Source of the DNA: Prevotellaceae bacterium UBA4359
GTDB lineage: Bacteria > Bacteroidota > Bacteroidia > Bacteroidales > Bacteroidaceae
Length of the DNA: 64,000 nucleotides
Reading direction: 5' to 3'
Assembly: GCA_002393555.1 (NCBI GenBank)
Contig: DGSP01000047.1
Location: 14,591-78,590 of the forward strand
Shown here: positions 37,121 through 44,729 of the stretch, piece after piece
How the letters are laid out: every line of letters begins with the position of its first letter
Numbering within the stretch: position 1 is the stretch's first letter
Program-made: the position numbers and the translations under genes
The notes under the pieces: model-generated
What the model was told of the DNA's origin: nothing
Database searches by the model: none
What the model saw: the letters and a program-made list of their open reading frames with translations, nothing else

Positions 37121-37534
37121 ATGTTTAAGCGAAGAACCAGGGTCAGCCCGACGTTCAACATGGCGTCGATGACCGACATCATCTTCCTCCTGCTCATCTT
37201 CTTCATGATTACGAGCACGATGGTCTCACCCAATGCCATCAAGGTGCTCCTGCCCCAGAGCCGGAAACAAACCACGGTGAAGGCCACGGCACGGGTCGTC
37301 ATCGACAAAGACCTCAACCTCTATGCCGCAGCCGGCAACGGGCAAGAAGAACCCGTCACCCTCGAAGAACTGCCACAGGTGCTGGGCGCACAGGTGAACG
37401 ACTCCACCGAACTCTTCGTCTCGCTCTATGCCGACGAGGCCGTGCCCTACAGGAATATCGTTGAAATCCTCAGCATCGCCAACGAACACCACTTCAAGAT
37501 GGTGCTCGCCACGCGACCTCCCTCTCGCCAATGA
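37121..37534 (+). CDS. exbD: ExbD/TolR biopolymer transport protein
   Basis: 137 aa. N-terminal TM with the MASMTDIIFLLLIFFMITS motif. Confidence 0.9.
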   Translation: MFKRRTRVSPTFNMASMTDIIFLLLIFFMITSTMVSPNAIKVLLPQSRKQTTVKATARVVIDKDLNLYAAAGNGQEEPVTLEELPQVLGAQVNDSTELFVSLYADEAVPYRNIVEILSIANEHHFKMVLATRPPSRQ

Positions 37535-38547
37535 CCGACAACAAGAAGAAAAATCTCAAGGCCGGACTTGCCACCCTCCTGGTGCATCTCGTCCTCGTTC
37601 TCCTGCTCGCCTTCCTCTCGCTCTCCGCTCTACAGCCCGACCCCGACCAGGAAGACGGAGTACCCGTGCTCCTTGGCATGGTCGAAGATGCTGGTGGCGA
37701 AGACTTAGGCGGACTCCCAGCCGAGACCTCTCCTGAGAGTGCCGAGGAAAACGACCCCACCGAACCTTCTGAACCCACAGAATCTTCCGAACCCACTGAC
37801 CCGGTGCCCGTGGCACCTCCTCCAACTCCCAAACCAGAACCTGCTCCCAAACCTCAACCATCCTCCAAACCCCTCATCACCCAAGAGCAGGAAAAGTCTA
37901 TTGCAGCCGAACAGGCCAAGAAGAAAGCCGCCGAGGAAGCCGCCAAAAAACGGGCGGCAGAGGAATCCGAAAAGAAACGCATAGCCGAAGAAACTGCCCG
38001 CAGGAAGGCCGCCGAAGAGGCTGCCAAGAAAAGGGCTGCAGAAGAGGCCGCCAAGAAGAAAGCCGCCGAAGAAGCCGCCAAGAAACGTGCGGCAGAGGAA
38101 GCCGCCCGCAAGAAGGCTGAAGCCGAACGAAAAGCCGCAGCAGCAGCCAACAGCCGTGTGGCAGGTGCATTTGGCAATGCAGGCAACAAAGGCAGCAGTG
38201 GCAACACCAAAGGCAATGGTGCGCAGGGTTCGCCCACAGGCAACAGCAACACAGGAGCCACCAGTGGCACAGGCGGACTTGGCACAGGCACATCGGCCCA
38301 TGTGGGCAACCGCCTCGTGGTCTATCTGGCTAAACCCAACTATGCCGACCCCAACAGCGAAGGCACCGTGGTGGTGTCCATCCAAGTCAGCGCAACAGGA
38401 GCCGTTGTCAGTGCCACTGTGACCAGCAGTACCACCTCGTCCGCAGCCCTCAAGAATGCCGCCATCGCTGCCGCCAAGCAGTCGAAGTTCTCCGACGGCG
38501 ACCGCACCGAGAGTGGCACCATTACCTACCGATTCAAACTAAAATAA
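37531..38547 (+). CDS. tonB: TonB-family energy transducer with Pro-rich segment and ~7 tandem AAEEAAKK(R/K) repeats
   Basis: ATGA overlap with exbD. N-terminal TM LATLLVHLVLVLLLAFLSL, then a Pro-rich rod (PVPVAPPPTPKPEPAPKPQP), 27-nt repeats, and a TonB_C-like end (TVVVSIQVSATGAVVSATV...GTITYRFKLK). Confidence 0.85.
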   Translation: MTDNKKKNLKAGLATLLVHLVLVLLLAFLSLSALQPDPDQEDGVPVLLGMVEDAGGEDLGGLPAETSPESAEENDPTEPSEPTESSEPTDPVPVAPPPTPKPEPAPKPQPSSKPLITQEQEKSIAAEQAKKKAAEEAAKKRAAEESEKKRIAEETARRKAAEEAAKKRAAEEAAKKKAAEEAAKKRAAEEAARKKAEAERKAAAAANSRVAGAFGNAGNKGSSGNTKGNGAQGSPTGNSNTGATSGTGGLGTGTSAHVGNRLVVYLAKPNYADPNSEGTVVVSIQVSATGAVVSATVTSSTTSSAALKNAAIAAAKQSKFSDGDRTESGTITYRFKLK

Positions 38548-38553
38548 AATGAT

Positions 38554-39099
38554 ATGATTTACGCTTTTCTCGCCACTGGCTTCGAAGAAGTGGAAGCCCT
38601 CGGCCCTATTGACGTGATGCGTCGCGCAGGGCTGTCAGTCAAAACCGTGTCCATCATGAGCGACAAGACTGTGCTTGGCGCACACAGCGTCCCAGTGGTG
38701 GCCGACTCTCTTTTTGCCGACAACGACTACACGGATGCCGACCTGCTCTTCCTGCCCGGTGGCATGCCCGGTGCGGCCAACCTGAATGACCATGAAGGAC
38801 TTCGCAAGGTCATCCTTGCCCATCATGCAGCAGGAAAAGCCCTTGCTGCCATCTGTGCCGCCCCGATGGTCTATGGCAACCTTGGCCTTGCCGAAGGTAA
38901 GAAGATGACTTGCTATCCAGGCTTCGAGCAGTACTTGACAGGAGCCACCTACACCGCAGCCTTGGTGGAGCGCGATGGACTGATGTTCACAGGTAAAGGT
39001 CCTGCCGCCGCTCTTGCCCTCGGCTATGCCCTCGTGGAACACTTCTGCGGCAAGGACACCGCCGACCAGTTGCGTCAGAGCATGATGTATAATTTTTAA
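38554..39099 (+). CDS. DJ-1/PfpI (ThiJ/YajL-like) family protein
   Basis: 181 aa. GFEEVEALGPIDVMRRAG, and nucleophile-elbow Cys in LAAICAAPMV. Confidence 0.88.
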   Translation: MIYAFLATGFEEVEALGPIDVMRRAGLSVKTVSIMSDKTVLGAHSVPVVADSLFADNDYTDADLLFLPGGMPGAANLNDHEGLRKVILAHHAAGKALAAICAAPMVYGNLGLAEGKKMTCYPGFEQYLTGATYTAALVERDGLMFTGKGPAAALALGYALVEHFCGKDTADQLRQSMMYNF

Positions 39100-39198
39100 G
39101 TTAAAAACTAAAAACTAAAAACTAAAAGTGCAAGTTACTCGAACGCGATAAGCCTTCATACTTCTACTTTTAGTTTTTAGTTTTTAACTTTTAGTTTT
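39100..39198 (+). terminator. Long AT-rich hairpin built from AAAACT hexamer repeats, followed by a U-rich tract
   Basis: The left arm GTTAAAAACTAAAAACTAAAAACTAAAAGT (39100-39129) pairs with ACTTTTAGTTTTTAGTTTTTAAC (39166-39188). The loop is 36 nt. TTTTAGTTTT then runs directly into the ispD ATG (39199). Confidence 0.5.
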
Positions 39199-39867
39199 AT
39201 GAACGCTGTCATCATCGTGGCTGGTGGCAAGGGACTCCGCATGGGAGGCGACATCCCCAAGCAGTTCCTTCCCGTTGGCGGCAAACCCATCCTCATGCAC
39301 ACCATCGAGCGTTTCCTCGCCTTCGACGCGGAAATGCAGGTGGTGCTCGTCTTGCCCGAAAGTCAGCAAGACTATTGGCAAACGCTCTGCCAGCAGTACC
39401 ATTTTTCAGCCCCCTACACGCTGGCTAATGGTGGAGAGACTCGTTTCCACTCTGTCAAGAATGGCCTTGCCCTCGTCTCTCCCCATGCTACCCTTGTTGG
39501 TGTGCATGACGGTGTGCGTCCCTTCGTCAGCCTCGACACCATCCGTGCTGCTTATGACGAAGCCGCCCACACCGAGGCCGCCATCCCCGTCACAGATGTG
39601 GTGGAGACCATTCGCCACCTCACTGGTCAGGGCCATTCCGAAACCGTTTCCCGCTCCGACTACCGCCTCGTCCAGACTCCGCAGGTGTTCTCGTCAGCCC
39701 TGCTGAGAGCCGCTTATTCCCAACCCTACACAGACTTTTTTACCGACGATGCCTCCGTGGTCGAACGCTATGGCCACCCTGTCACCCTTGTCGTTGGCAA
39801 TCGCGAGAACATCAAAATCACCACACCCTTCGACCTAACGGTGGCCCAAGCCCTGCTGGGAGGTTAG
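39199..39867 (+). CDS. ispD: 2-C-methyl-D-erythritol 4-phosphate cytidylyltransferase
   Basis: 222 aa. [28 protein letters not shown], and [10 protein letters not shown]-like [11 protein letters not shown]. Confidence 0.93.
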   Translation: MNAVIIVAGGKGLRMGGDIPKQFLPVGGKPILMHTIERFLAFDAEMQVVLVLPESQQDYWQTLCQQYHFSAPYTLANGGETRFHSVKNGLALVSPHATLVGVHDGVRPFVSLDTIRAAYDEAAHTEAAIPVTDVVETIRHLTGQGHSETVSRSDYRLVQTPQVFSSALLRAAYSQPYTDFFTDDASVVERYGHPVTLVVGNRENIKITTPFDLTVAQALLGG

Positions 39868-40673
39868 GCCGTCTTGGTCTTCAGCACCAGTTCAAACCCC
39901 ACATTCCATCCGTTCGTACCTTCGGGCAGCAGGCTGATTGTGCCGTCCGAAAGTTGAATCATGCGGCGGCATAGGCTCAGACCTATGCCGTTGCCCGTTT
40001 TCTTAGTCGTGAAGAATGGCACGAAAATCTCATTGCGTTCAGACGTGGGGATGGGGCGGCCATCGTTGTAGAAAAAGATGCGAAGCGTGTCCTTCTGGCA
40101 GCGGAAGGCCGAGATGAGAATGCGTTTGGCATCAGCCTCCAGTGCGTTCTTCGTCAGGTTCATCAGCACCTGCCGCATCAGGTTGGGGTCGGCATGCAGT
40201 CGGAGGTCGGCAGGCTCCACCTTCACTTCCACGTCCATCTCTCCAGCCATGCTCTGTATTCCGTTCAGCAGTTTCCTCATGTCGATGTCTTCAGGTTGAG
40301 GCGGTTGCAGCGATGAGAACTTGCGGTAGCCATCCACAAACGTGTGCAGTCCCTCGGCTGTGTCGTGGATGGCTTTCATACCTTCGTAGAGGTCGGAACG
40401 CCTGATGCTCTCTTCCTGCATGAAGGTGGCTGTAAGCGAGACGATGGGTGCCAGCGAGTTCATGATTTCGTGGGTGAGTGTTCGTGTCAGTTTCTCCCAC
40501 GAAGCCATCTCGATGTCCTGCCGCTGCTCTTGCATCAGTTCCATCATGCAGTTGATGGTTTCGCGTGCCGCACGTTCGCCCGGCAGCAGTCCTTTCGTCG
40601 GTAGGCGAAAGGAGAAGTCACCATTGCGAATGGCTTCAAGCACGAGCGGATAAGCAGAAGTGTTGAAAATCAT
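39864..40673 (-). CDS. Cytoplasmic histidine kinase lacking TM and sensor domains (HisKA + HATPase_c only)
   Basis: Start at ATG 40673, overlapping the regulator's stop (ATGA). H-box [13 protein letters not shown]-box [13 protein letters not shown]-boxes FFYNDGRPI and [15 protein letters not shown]. The N-terminal ~60 aa look like a partial HAMP ([11 protein letters not shown]) with no hydrophobic helix. The stop overlaps the ispD stop by 4 nt (convergent). Confidence 0.85.
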   Translation of the reverse strand: MIFNTSAYPLVLEAIRNGDFSFRLPTKGLLPGERAARETINCMMELMQEQRQDIEMASWEKLTRTLTHEIMNSLAPIVSLTATFMQEESIRRSDLYEGMKAIHDTAEGLHTFVDGYRKFSSLQPPQPEDIDMRKLLNGIQSMAGEMDVEVKVEPADLRLHADPNLMRQVLMNLTKNALEADAKRILISAFRCQKDTLRIFFYNDGRPIPTSERNEIFVPFFTTKKTGNGIGLSLCRRMIQLSDGTISLLPEGTNGWNVGFELVLKTKTA

Positions 40674-41194
40674 GGCCGCGATTGTTTGAGTTTGTTGTAT
40701 AAAGTCTGTCGGCTGATGCCCAGCAGGTCGGCAGCCAGGCGCAGGTTGCCGTGACACTTATCCACCGCACTTCTCACGTGGGCATCCTCCACTTCTGCCA
40801 GCGGTCGGATTTGCTGCTGGCGGTTGATGGCACTCTTGAGCGTGTCCACCAGTTTGTTGTTGTCCCACGGCTTCTCCACAAAGTCGGCAGCCCCGCGCTT
40901 CAGTGCCTGCACCGCCAATTCGATGTCGGCGTAGGCGGTGAAGAGCACCACAGGCACCTCGGGATGCAACTGCTTGATTTTGTCGAGCCAGAAGAGGCCC
41001 TCATTGCCCGTGTTCAGGCCGAGAGAGAAGTTCATGTCGAGCAGCACCACATCGACGGCATTCTGAGCCATCACGGTCGGGATGCTGTCGGGTGCATTGA
41101 GGGTAAGCACCTGCTCAAAAGTCTTCTTCAGCAGATAGCGCAGCGAGATGAGCACGTTGGGATTGTCGTCGATGACGAGGATGGATTGATACAT
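40670..41194 (-). CDS. Response regulator, receiver + Fis-type HTH without the sigma54 AAA+ domain (RegA/ActR/PrrA-like architecture)
   Basis: Start at ATG 41194 (MYQSILVIDDNP), 174 aa. REC motifs: VIDDN, VVLLDMNF, VVLFTAYAD, FVEKPW. The receiver is followed directly by VRSAVDKCHGNLRLAADLLGISRQTLYNKLKQ (HTH_8). Confidence 0.85.
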   Translation of the reverse strand: MYQSILVIDDNPNVLISLRYLLKKTFEQVLTLNAPDSIPTVMAQNAVDVVLLDMNFSLGLNTGNEGLFWLDKIKQLHPEVPVVLFTAYADIELAVQALKRGAADFVEKPWDNNKLVDTLKSAINRQQQIRPLAEVEDAHVRSAVDKCHGNLRLAADLLGISRQTLYNKLKQSRP

Positions 41195-41215
41195 GAGTCT
41201 TCTTGTTTCTTTTTG

Positions 41216-41247
41216 CAAAAGTACGCTTAAATCCTCAAAACGGCAAA
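41216..41247 (-). promoter_or_regulatory. Bacteroidota-type promoter of the RR-HK operon
   Basis: Minus strand: -33 TTTG (41247-41244), 20-nt spacer, -7 box TACTTTTG (41223-41216). It lies 22 nt upstream of ATG 41194. Confidence 0.55.
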
Positions 41248-41269
41248 ATTTCTCAGGAGGAAAAAGGGG

Positions 41270-41313
41270 CATGTCCAATATTTGGACACAAAAGTGTCTA
41301 ATTTTTTGACACT
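41270..41313. promoter_or_regulatory. Two adjacent copies of a 21-nt palindromic operator-like motif (TGTC-N11-GACA core)
   Basis: Site A1 is cATGTCCAATATTTGGACACa (41270-41290). Site A2 is AGTGTCTAATTTTTTGACACT (41293-41313). A2 matches the site at 44627-44647 in 20 of 21 positions. Confidence 0.6.
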
Positions 41314-41360
41314 CCCGATTTTTCCGCGTTTTTCTTTCCGCTCATTTGTGCGTGGCAGGC

Positions 41361-41368
41361 TAACTTTG
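41361..41368 (+). promoter_or_regulatory. Candidate -7 box for the outer-membrane beta-barrel gene
   Basis: TAACTTTG (TAnnTTTG) lies exactly 47 nt downstream of operator site A2. An identical box and identical spacing occur at 44695. Confidence 0.5.
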
Positions 41369-41505
41369 TCCGTGAAAAGAGTGATGCACAAGTGTAAAAA
41401 AGATTAGTTATGCAAATTAGTAAATTCATTTAGAACATGATGCTTCGCCTTGGGTCGTGAGGTTCGAGGCGGAGATTTTTCCGACAACATCAAAAACCAA
41501 CCGAT

Positions 41506-44418
41506 ATGAGACAAATACTTTTCTTCTTATTAGTAATGTGTAGCGCATTCAGTTCTGCACAGGAGACCGAGCGCAAAATCTCCGTGTGGGGCCATGTGCG
41601 CGACTCGTTCACCAAGCAGGGCATTCGCGATGTGAAAATCACCGTGATGACAACCGACAGCACCGTTCTCGACACCACCCGTGTGTGGGGCAATCCGCAG
41701 CCCGGCGTGAGTTACGATGCCACCTACAAGACCCGTGTGCCCGCCGTGGCGCAGCGGCTCATCATCAAGGCCGAGCATCCCGACTACGAAGACACATACG
41801 TGCATTTCAACATCCGCTACATCAAGCGCAACACCTTTTTCGACGCTCCCTGGCACTACATGAAGCGCAAGCCCAAGGAGCAGCGGCTCTCCGACATGGA
41901 CCGCGAACTGGGCGAGGTGGTGGTCAAGGCCACGAAAGTGCGCATTGCCTACCGAGGCGACACCCTGGTCTATAATGCCGATGCCTTCAATGTGCCCGAA
42001 GGCTCCATGCTCGACGGCCTGCTCCGCCAGATGGACGGTGTGGAACTGAACGATGACGGCGAAATCAAGGTGAACGGCCGCAAGGTCGATTACCTGACCC
42101 TGAATGGAAAAGACTTCTTCAAGGGCAAGAACAAGGTGATGCTGGAGAATCTGCCCTACTACACGGTGAAGGAGGTGAAAGTGTTCAACAAGACCACCGA
42201 GCGCAGCGAGTTCTTGGGCCGCGACGTAGAGGAGAAGGAGTATGTGATGGACGTGCAGTTGAAGCGCGAGTACAGCATTGGCTACATGGGCAACCTCGAG
42301 GCTGGCGGCGGCATTGCCACTCCCGAAGGTCTTGATGCTGAGCGGACTACGGAGGCCGACCGCTACATGGCCCGCTTCTTTGCCGCCCGATTCTCCGACA
42401 ACACCCGCATGGCCCTGATGGGCAATACCAACAACATCAACCAGCAGGGGCGACCCACCCAGAGCGGCGACTGGCGCGACAACACGGGGCAGAACGGACG
42501 CACGACCACCCACCGGTTGAATGGCAACCTCATGATGAACGGTAAGGACAACAAGGTGACCAACAATGTGGACTACAGTGTGGAGTGGGACCGTGGCGAC
42601 TTTGTCAGCCGCACCTCGACCGAGAACTACCTGAGCAGCGGCAACAGTTATAGCCACAACGAGAGCAGCAGCCGTTCGCGCGATTTCACCTTCAATTTCG
42701 GCGACAACTTCCGTGTCAAACTGCCCCAACTCAAGGTGCCTTTCAACATGGACACGCGCCTCGACCTCACCTACAACCGCCACCACGACTGGAACCAATC
42801 GGCCTCGGCCATGTTTGCCACCGACCCCTTCGCTCCGGGCATCACCGAGGCCGACACCGTCAACACCACCCAGACCCGTTCGCACTATCGCAGCCGCAAC
42901 TTCAACGTGCAGATGCTGAACGCCCTTACCCTCAAACTGCCGTGGGGCGACCACATTGACCTCTACTTGAATGGTCACTATTGGCGCAATCCCGGCGAGG
43001 GCGATGCCCAAGAGCAGTACCGCTACCACCACGACCCCGACCGCAGCACCGACCGCAATCGCCACGACGACACCCCCAGCCACTCCTACTGCTGGAATGC
43101 CCGTCTCAACTACACCATCGCATGGCTCAGCGGTTGGAGTGTGGAGACCTACGGACGCTATGAGCAGGAGTATCAGAACAACGTCAACGACTACTATACC
43201 CTCTCCCCATCCCTCCCCCTGTATGGAGAAGGTGACCTTGTGGCAGGTTCCTCAATAATCCATGTCCCCGACCTCGCCAACTCCTTCTCCTATGGGCAAA
43301 TGAGCCGTGACTATCGTGCCGGCATCGTGTCTGGTTACACCAAGGACGCTGATGGAAACTACACCAACTTCCGTCTCGAACTCCCTGTGTGCCACATCCG
43401 CCAGCGCATGGACTATCGCAGCGACCCCCTCTCCACCTCGCTGAGCCGACACTACACCACCTTTGACCCCTCGGTCAGCCTCTCGGTGGCCCGCAACAAC
43501 TTCAGCCGCTACTTCTATCTCAGAGCCAACATCACTCACACCCCGCCCAGCCTTCTCCAGATGCTCGACCGCACCAACACCAACAATCCCTTGGCCGTCA
43601 TGCTGGGCAATCCGGACTTGCAGCAGCAGACCGCCTATACCTTCGCTGCCTACTTCCAGCGGTCGGGCGATGCCAAAACGCCCAACCACTATGTGAGCGT
43701 GTCGGGAAGCCTCACCGATAACCGTGTGGTGCAAGGCTACTCCTACAACCAGCAGACGGGTGTGCGCACCTATCGTCCAGCCAATGTGGACGGCAACTGG
43801 TATGCAGGGTTCCTCTACAATCTGGGCATGCCCCTCGATTCTGCCAATCTCTTCCGCTTCTCACTCGATGCCAGTTACCGCTTGGATCACATAGTCGATT
43901 TGGCCAGCACCGACGGCGACGGAAACAGCGCGCGAAGCACCGTGTGGGTGCATGGAACAACCTTTTCTCCCTCGCTGCGCTACCAGAAGGATAAACTCTC
44001 CGTCCGACTTTCGGGCAATTTGACGTGGGAGAACACCCACCGACGCCAGCAGGAGGGCATCACCTCCTCTATGGCCGCCATCAACACCTTCCGCTTCCAC
44101 TACGGCCTCTCCGCCACCACCCCCCTGCTGTGGAAAGTTTCCCTTTCCACCGACTTCACCGTCTATTCGCGCCGAGGCTACACCGACCCCTCCATGAACA
44201 CTGATGAACCTGTGTGGAATGCCACCCTCTCGCGTCCCTTCCTCAGAGGCAAACTGCTCCTCCTTCTGCGTGGCTATGACTTGCTGGCCCAGCGCACCAA
44301 CTTCTCCTATACGGCCAATGCACAGGGGCGTGTCGAGACTTGGCGCAACGGTCTGGGCCGCTACGTGCTCCTTTCGTTGCAGTGGAAGTTTAGCCACAAC
44401 CCCAAACGCCGTACTTGA
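41506..44418 (+). CDS. Outer membrane beta-barrel family protein with N-terminal CarboxypepD_reg-like domain (TonB-dependent-receptor-like)
   Basis: 970 aa with signal peptide MRQILFFLLVMCSAFSSAQ. VWGHVRDSFTKQGIRDVKITV, a plug-like block (GDTLVYNADAFNVPEGSMLDGLLRQMDGVELNDDGEIKVNGRKVDYLTLNGKDFF), and a long beta-rich C-terminal region ending LSLQWKFSHN. Confidence 0.8.
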   Translation: MRQILFFLLVMCSAFSSAQETERKISVWGHVRDSFTKQGIRDVKITVMTTDSTVLDTTRVWGNPQPGVSYDATYKTRVPAVAQRLIIKAEHPDYEDTYVHFNIRYIKRNTFFDAPWHYMKRKPKEQRLSDMDRELGEVVVKATKVRIAYRGDTLVYNADAFNVPEGSMLDGLLRQMDGVELNDDGEIKVNGRKVDYLTLNGKDFFKGKNKVMLENLPYYTVKEVKVFNKTTERSEFLGRDVEEKEYVMDVQLKREYSIGYMGNLEAGGGIATPEGLDAERTTEADRYMARFFAARFSDNTRMALMGNTNNINQQGRPTQSGDWRDNTGQNGRTTTHRLNGNLMMNGKDNKVTNNVDYSVEWDRGDFVSRTSTENYLSSGNSYSHNESSSRSRDFTFNFGDNFRVKLPQLKVPFNMDTRLDLTYNRHHDWNQSASAMFATDPFAPGITEADTVNTTQTRSHYRSRNFNVQMLNALTLKLPWGDHIDLYLNGHYWRNPGEGDAQEQYRYHHDPDRSTDRNRHDDTPSHSYCWNARLNYTIAWLSGWSVETYGRYEQEYQNNVNDYYTLSPSLPLYGEGDLVAGSSIIHVPDLANSFSYGQMSRDYRAGIVSGYTKDADGNYTNFRLELPVCHIRQRMDYRSDPLSTSLSRHYTTFDPSVSLSVARNNFSRYFYLRANITHTPPSLLQMLDRTNTNNPLAVMLGNPDLQQQTAYTFAAYFQRSGDAKTPNHYVSVSGSLTDNRVVQGYSYNQQTGVRTYRPANVDGNWYAGFLYNLGMPLDSANLFRFSLDASYRLDHIVDLASTDGDGNSARSTVWVHGTTFSPSLRYQKDKLSVRLSGNLTWENTHRRQQEGITSSMAAINTFRFHYGLSATTPLLWKVSLSTDFTVYSRRGYTDPSMNTDEPVWNATLSRPFLRGKLLLLLRGYDLLAQRTNFSYTANAQGRVETWRNGLGRYVLLSLQWKFSHNPKRRT
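43197..43232. repeat. C-rich element copy embedded in-frame in the OMP gene
   Basis: TACCCTCTCCCCATCCCTCCCCCTGTATGGAGAAGG. Its first 27 nt match 49025-49051 in 26 of 27 positions. It encodes LSPSLPLYGEG. Confidence 0.8.
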
Positions 44419-44455
44419 ACCCGTGCTGCCCCCACATTTCCACATCCTCCAATTC

Positions 44456-44564
44456 CCCCCTTCCAATGCCTCAAAACAGGTGTGAGTCACACCCCTACCA
44501 TAGGTGTGAGTCACACGTGTACCATAGGTGTGACTCACACCTGTTTTGAGGCATTGGAAGGGGG
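44456..44564. repeat. Triple-palindrome repeat element, copy 2 (complete, with ~24-bp terminal inverted repeats)
   Basis: The terminal inverted repeats are CCCCCTTCCAATGCCTCAAAACAGG and CCTGTTTTGAGGCATTGGAAGGGGG. They enclose GGTGTGAGTCACACC (44479-44493), GGTGTGAGTCACACG (44503-44517) and GGTGTGACTCACACC (44527-44541) at 24-bp phasing. Confidence 0.92.
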
Positions 44565-44626
44565 CTTTCGGACATGGGGGCGACGACCCACAAAACGTGG
44601 CGGAAATCTGCTCTTCGGGGCAGCGG

Positions 44627-44647
44627 AGTGTCTAATTTTTGGACACT
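44627..44647. promoter_or_regulatory. Third copy of the 21-nt palindromic operator-like motif
   Basis: AGTGTCTAATTTTTGGACACT. There is a single mismatch to site A2 (41293-41313). Confidence 0.6.
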
Positions 44648-44670
44648 TTTTCTGTCTCGTCGGCTGAATG

Positions 44671-44702
44671 CTTGGCCGGACGGACGGGAATGCGTAACTT
44701 TG
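44671..44702 (+). promoter_or_regulatory. Candidate promoter of the FtsX permease / ABC ATPase genes
   Basis: cTTG (44671-44674), 20-nt spacer, -7 box TAACTTTG (44695-44702). The box starts 47 nt after the operator motif. The ATG is at 44730. Confidence 0.5.
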
Positions 44703-44729
44703 TGGACAGAAAAACCCAGGTCTTTCCAC

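Noticed and set aside
37705-38385. Several antisense or alternate-frame ORFs across the tonB repeat region
   Set aside because: They are produced by the repetitive GCC/GAA-rich DNA. The annotated frame gives a coherent TM, Pro-rich rod, repeats and TonB_C architecture.
41283-41298. Sigma54 (-24/-12) promoter hypothesis for TGGACACAAAAGTGTC
   Set aside because: It does not fit GG-N10-GC spacing or the TGGCAC-N5-TTGC consensus. The adjacent regulator lacks the AAA+ domain needed to activate sigma54. TAnnTTTG boxes explain the promoters better.
41530-43083. 517-aa antisense ORF inside the OMP gene
   Set aside because: Shadow ORF with a Gly/Val/Ala/His-rich translation and no motif.
44574-44729. 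N-terminal extension of the FtsX permease ORF (track start 44574)
   Set aside because: It would translate through the operator motif and the promoter box. A typical N-terminal TM helix follows the ATG at 44730.
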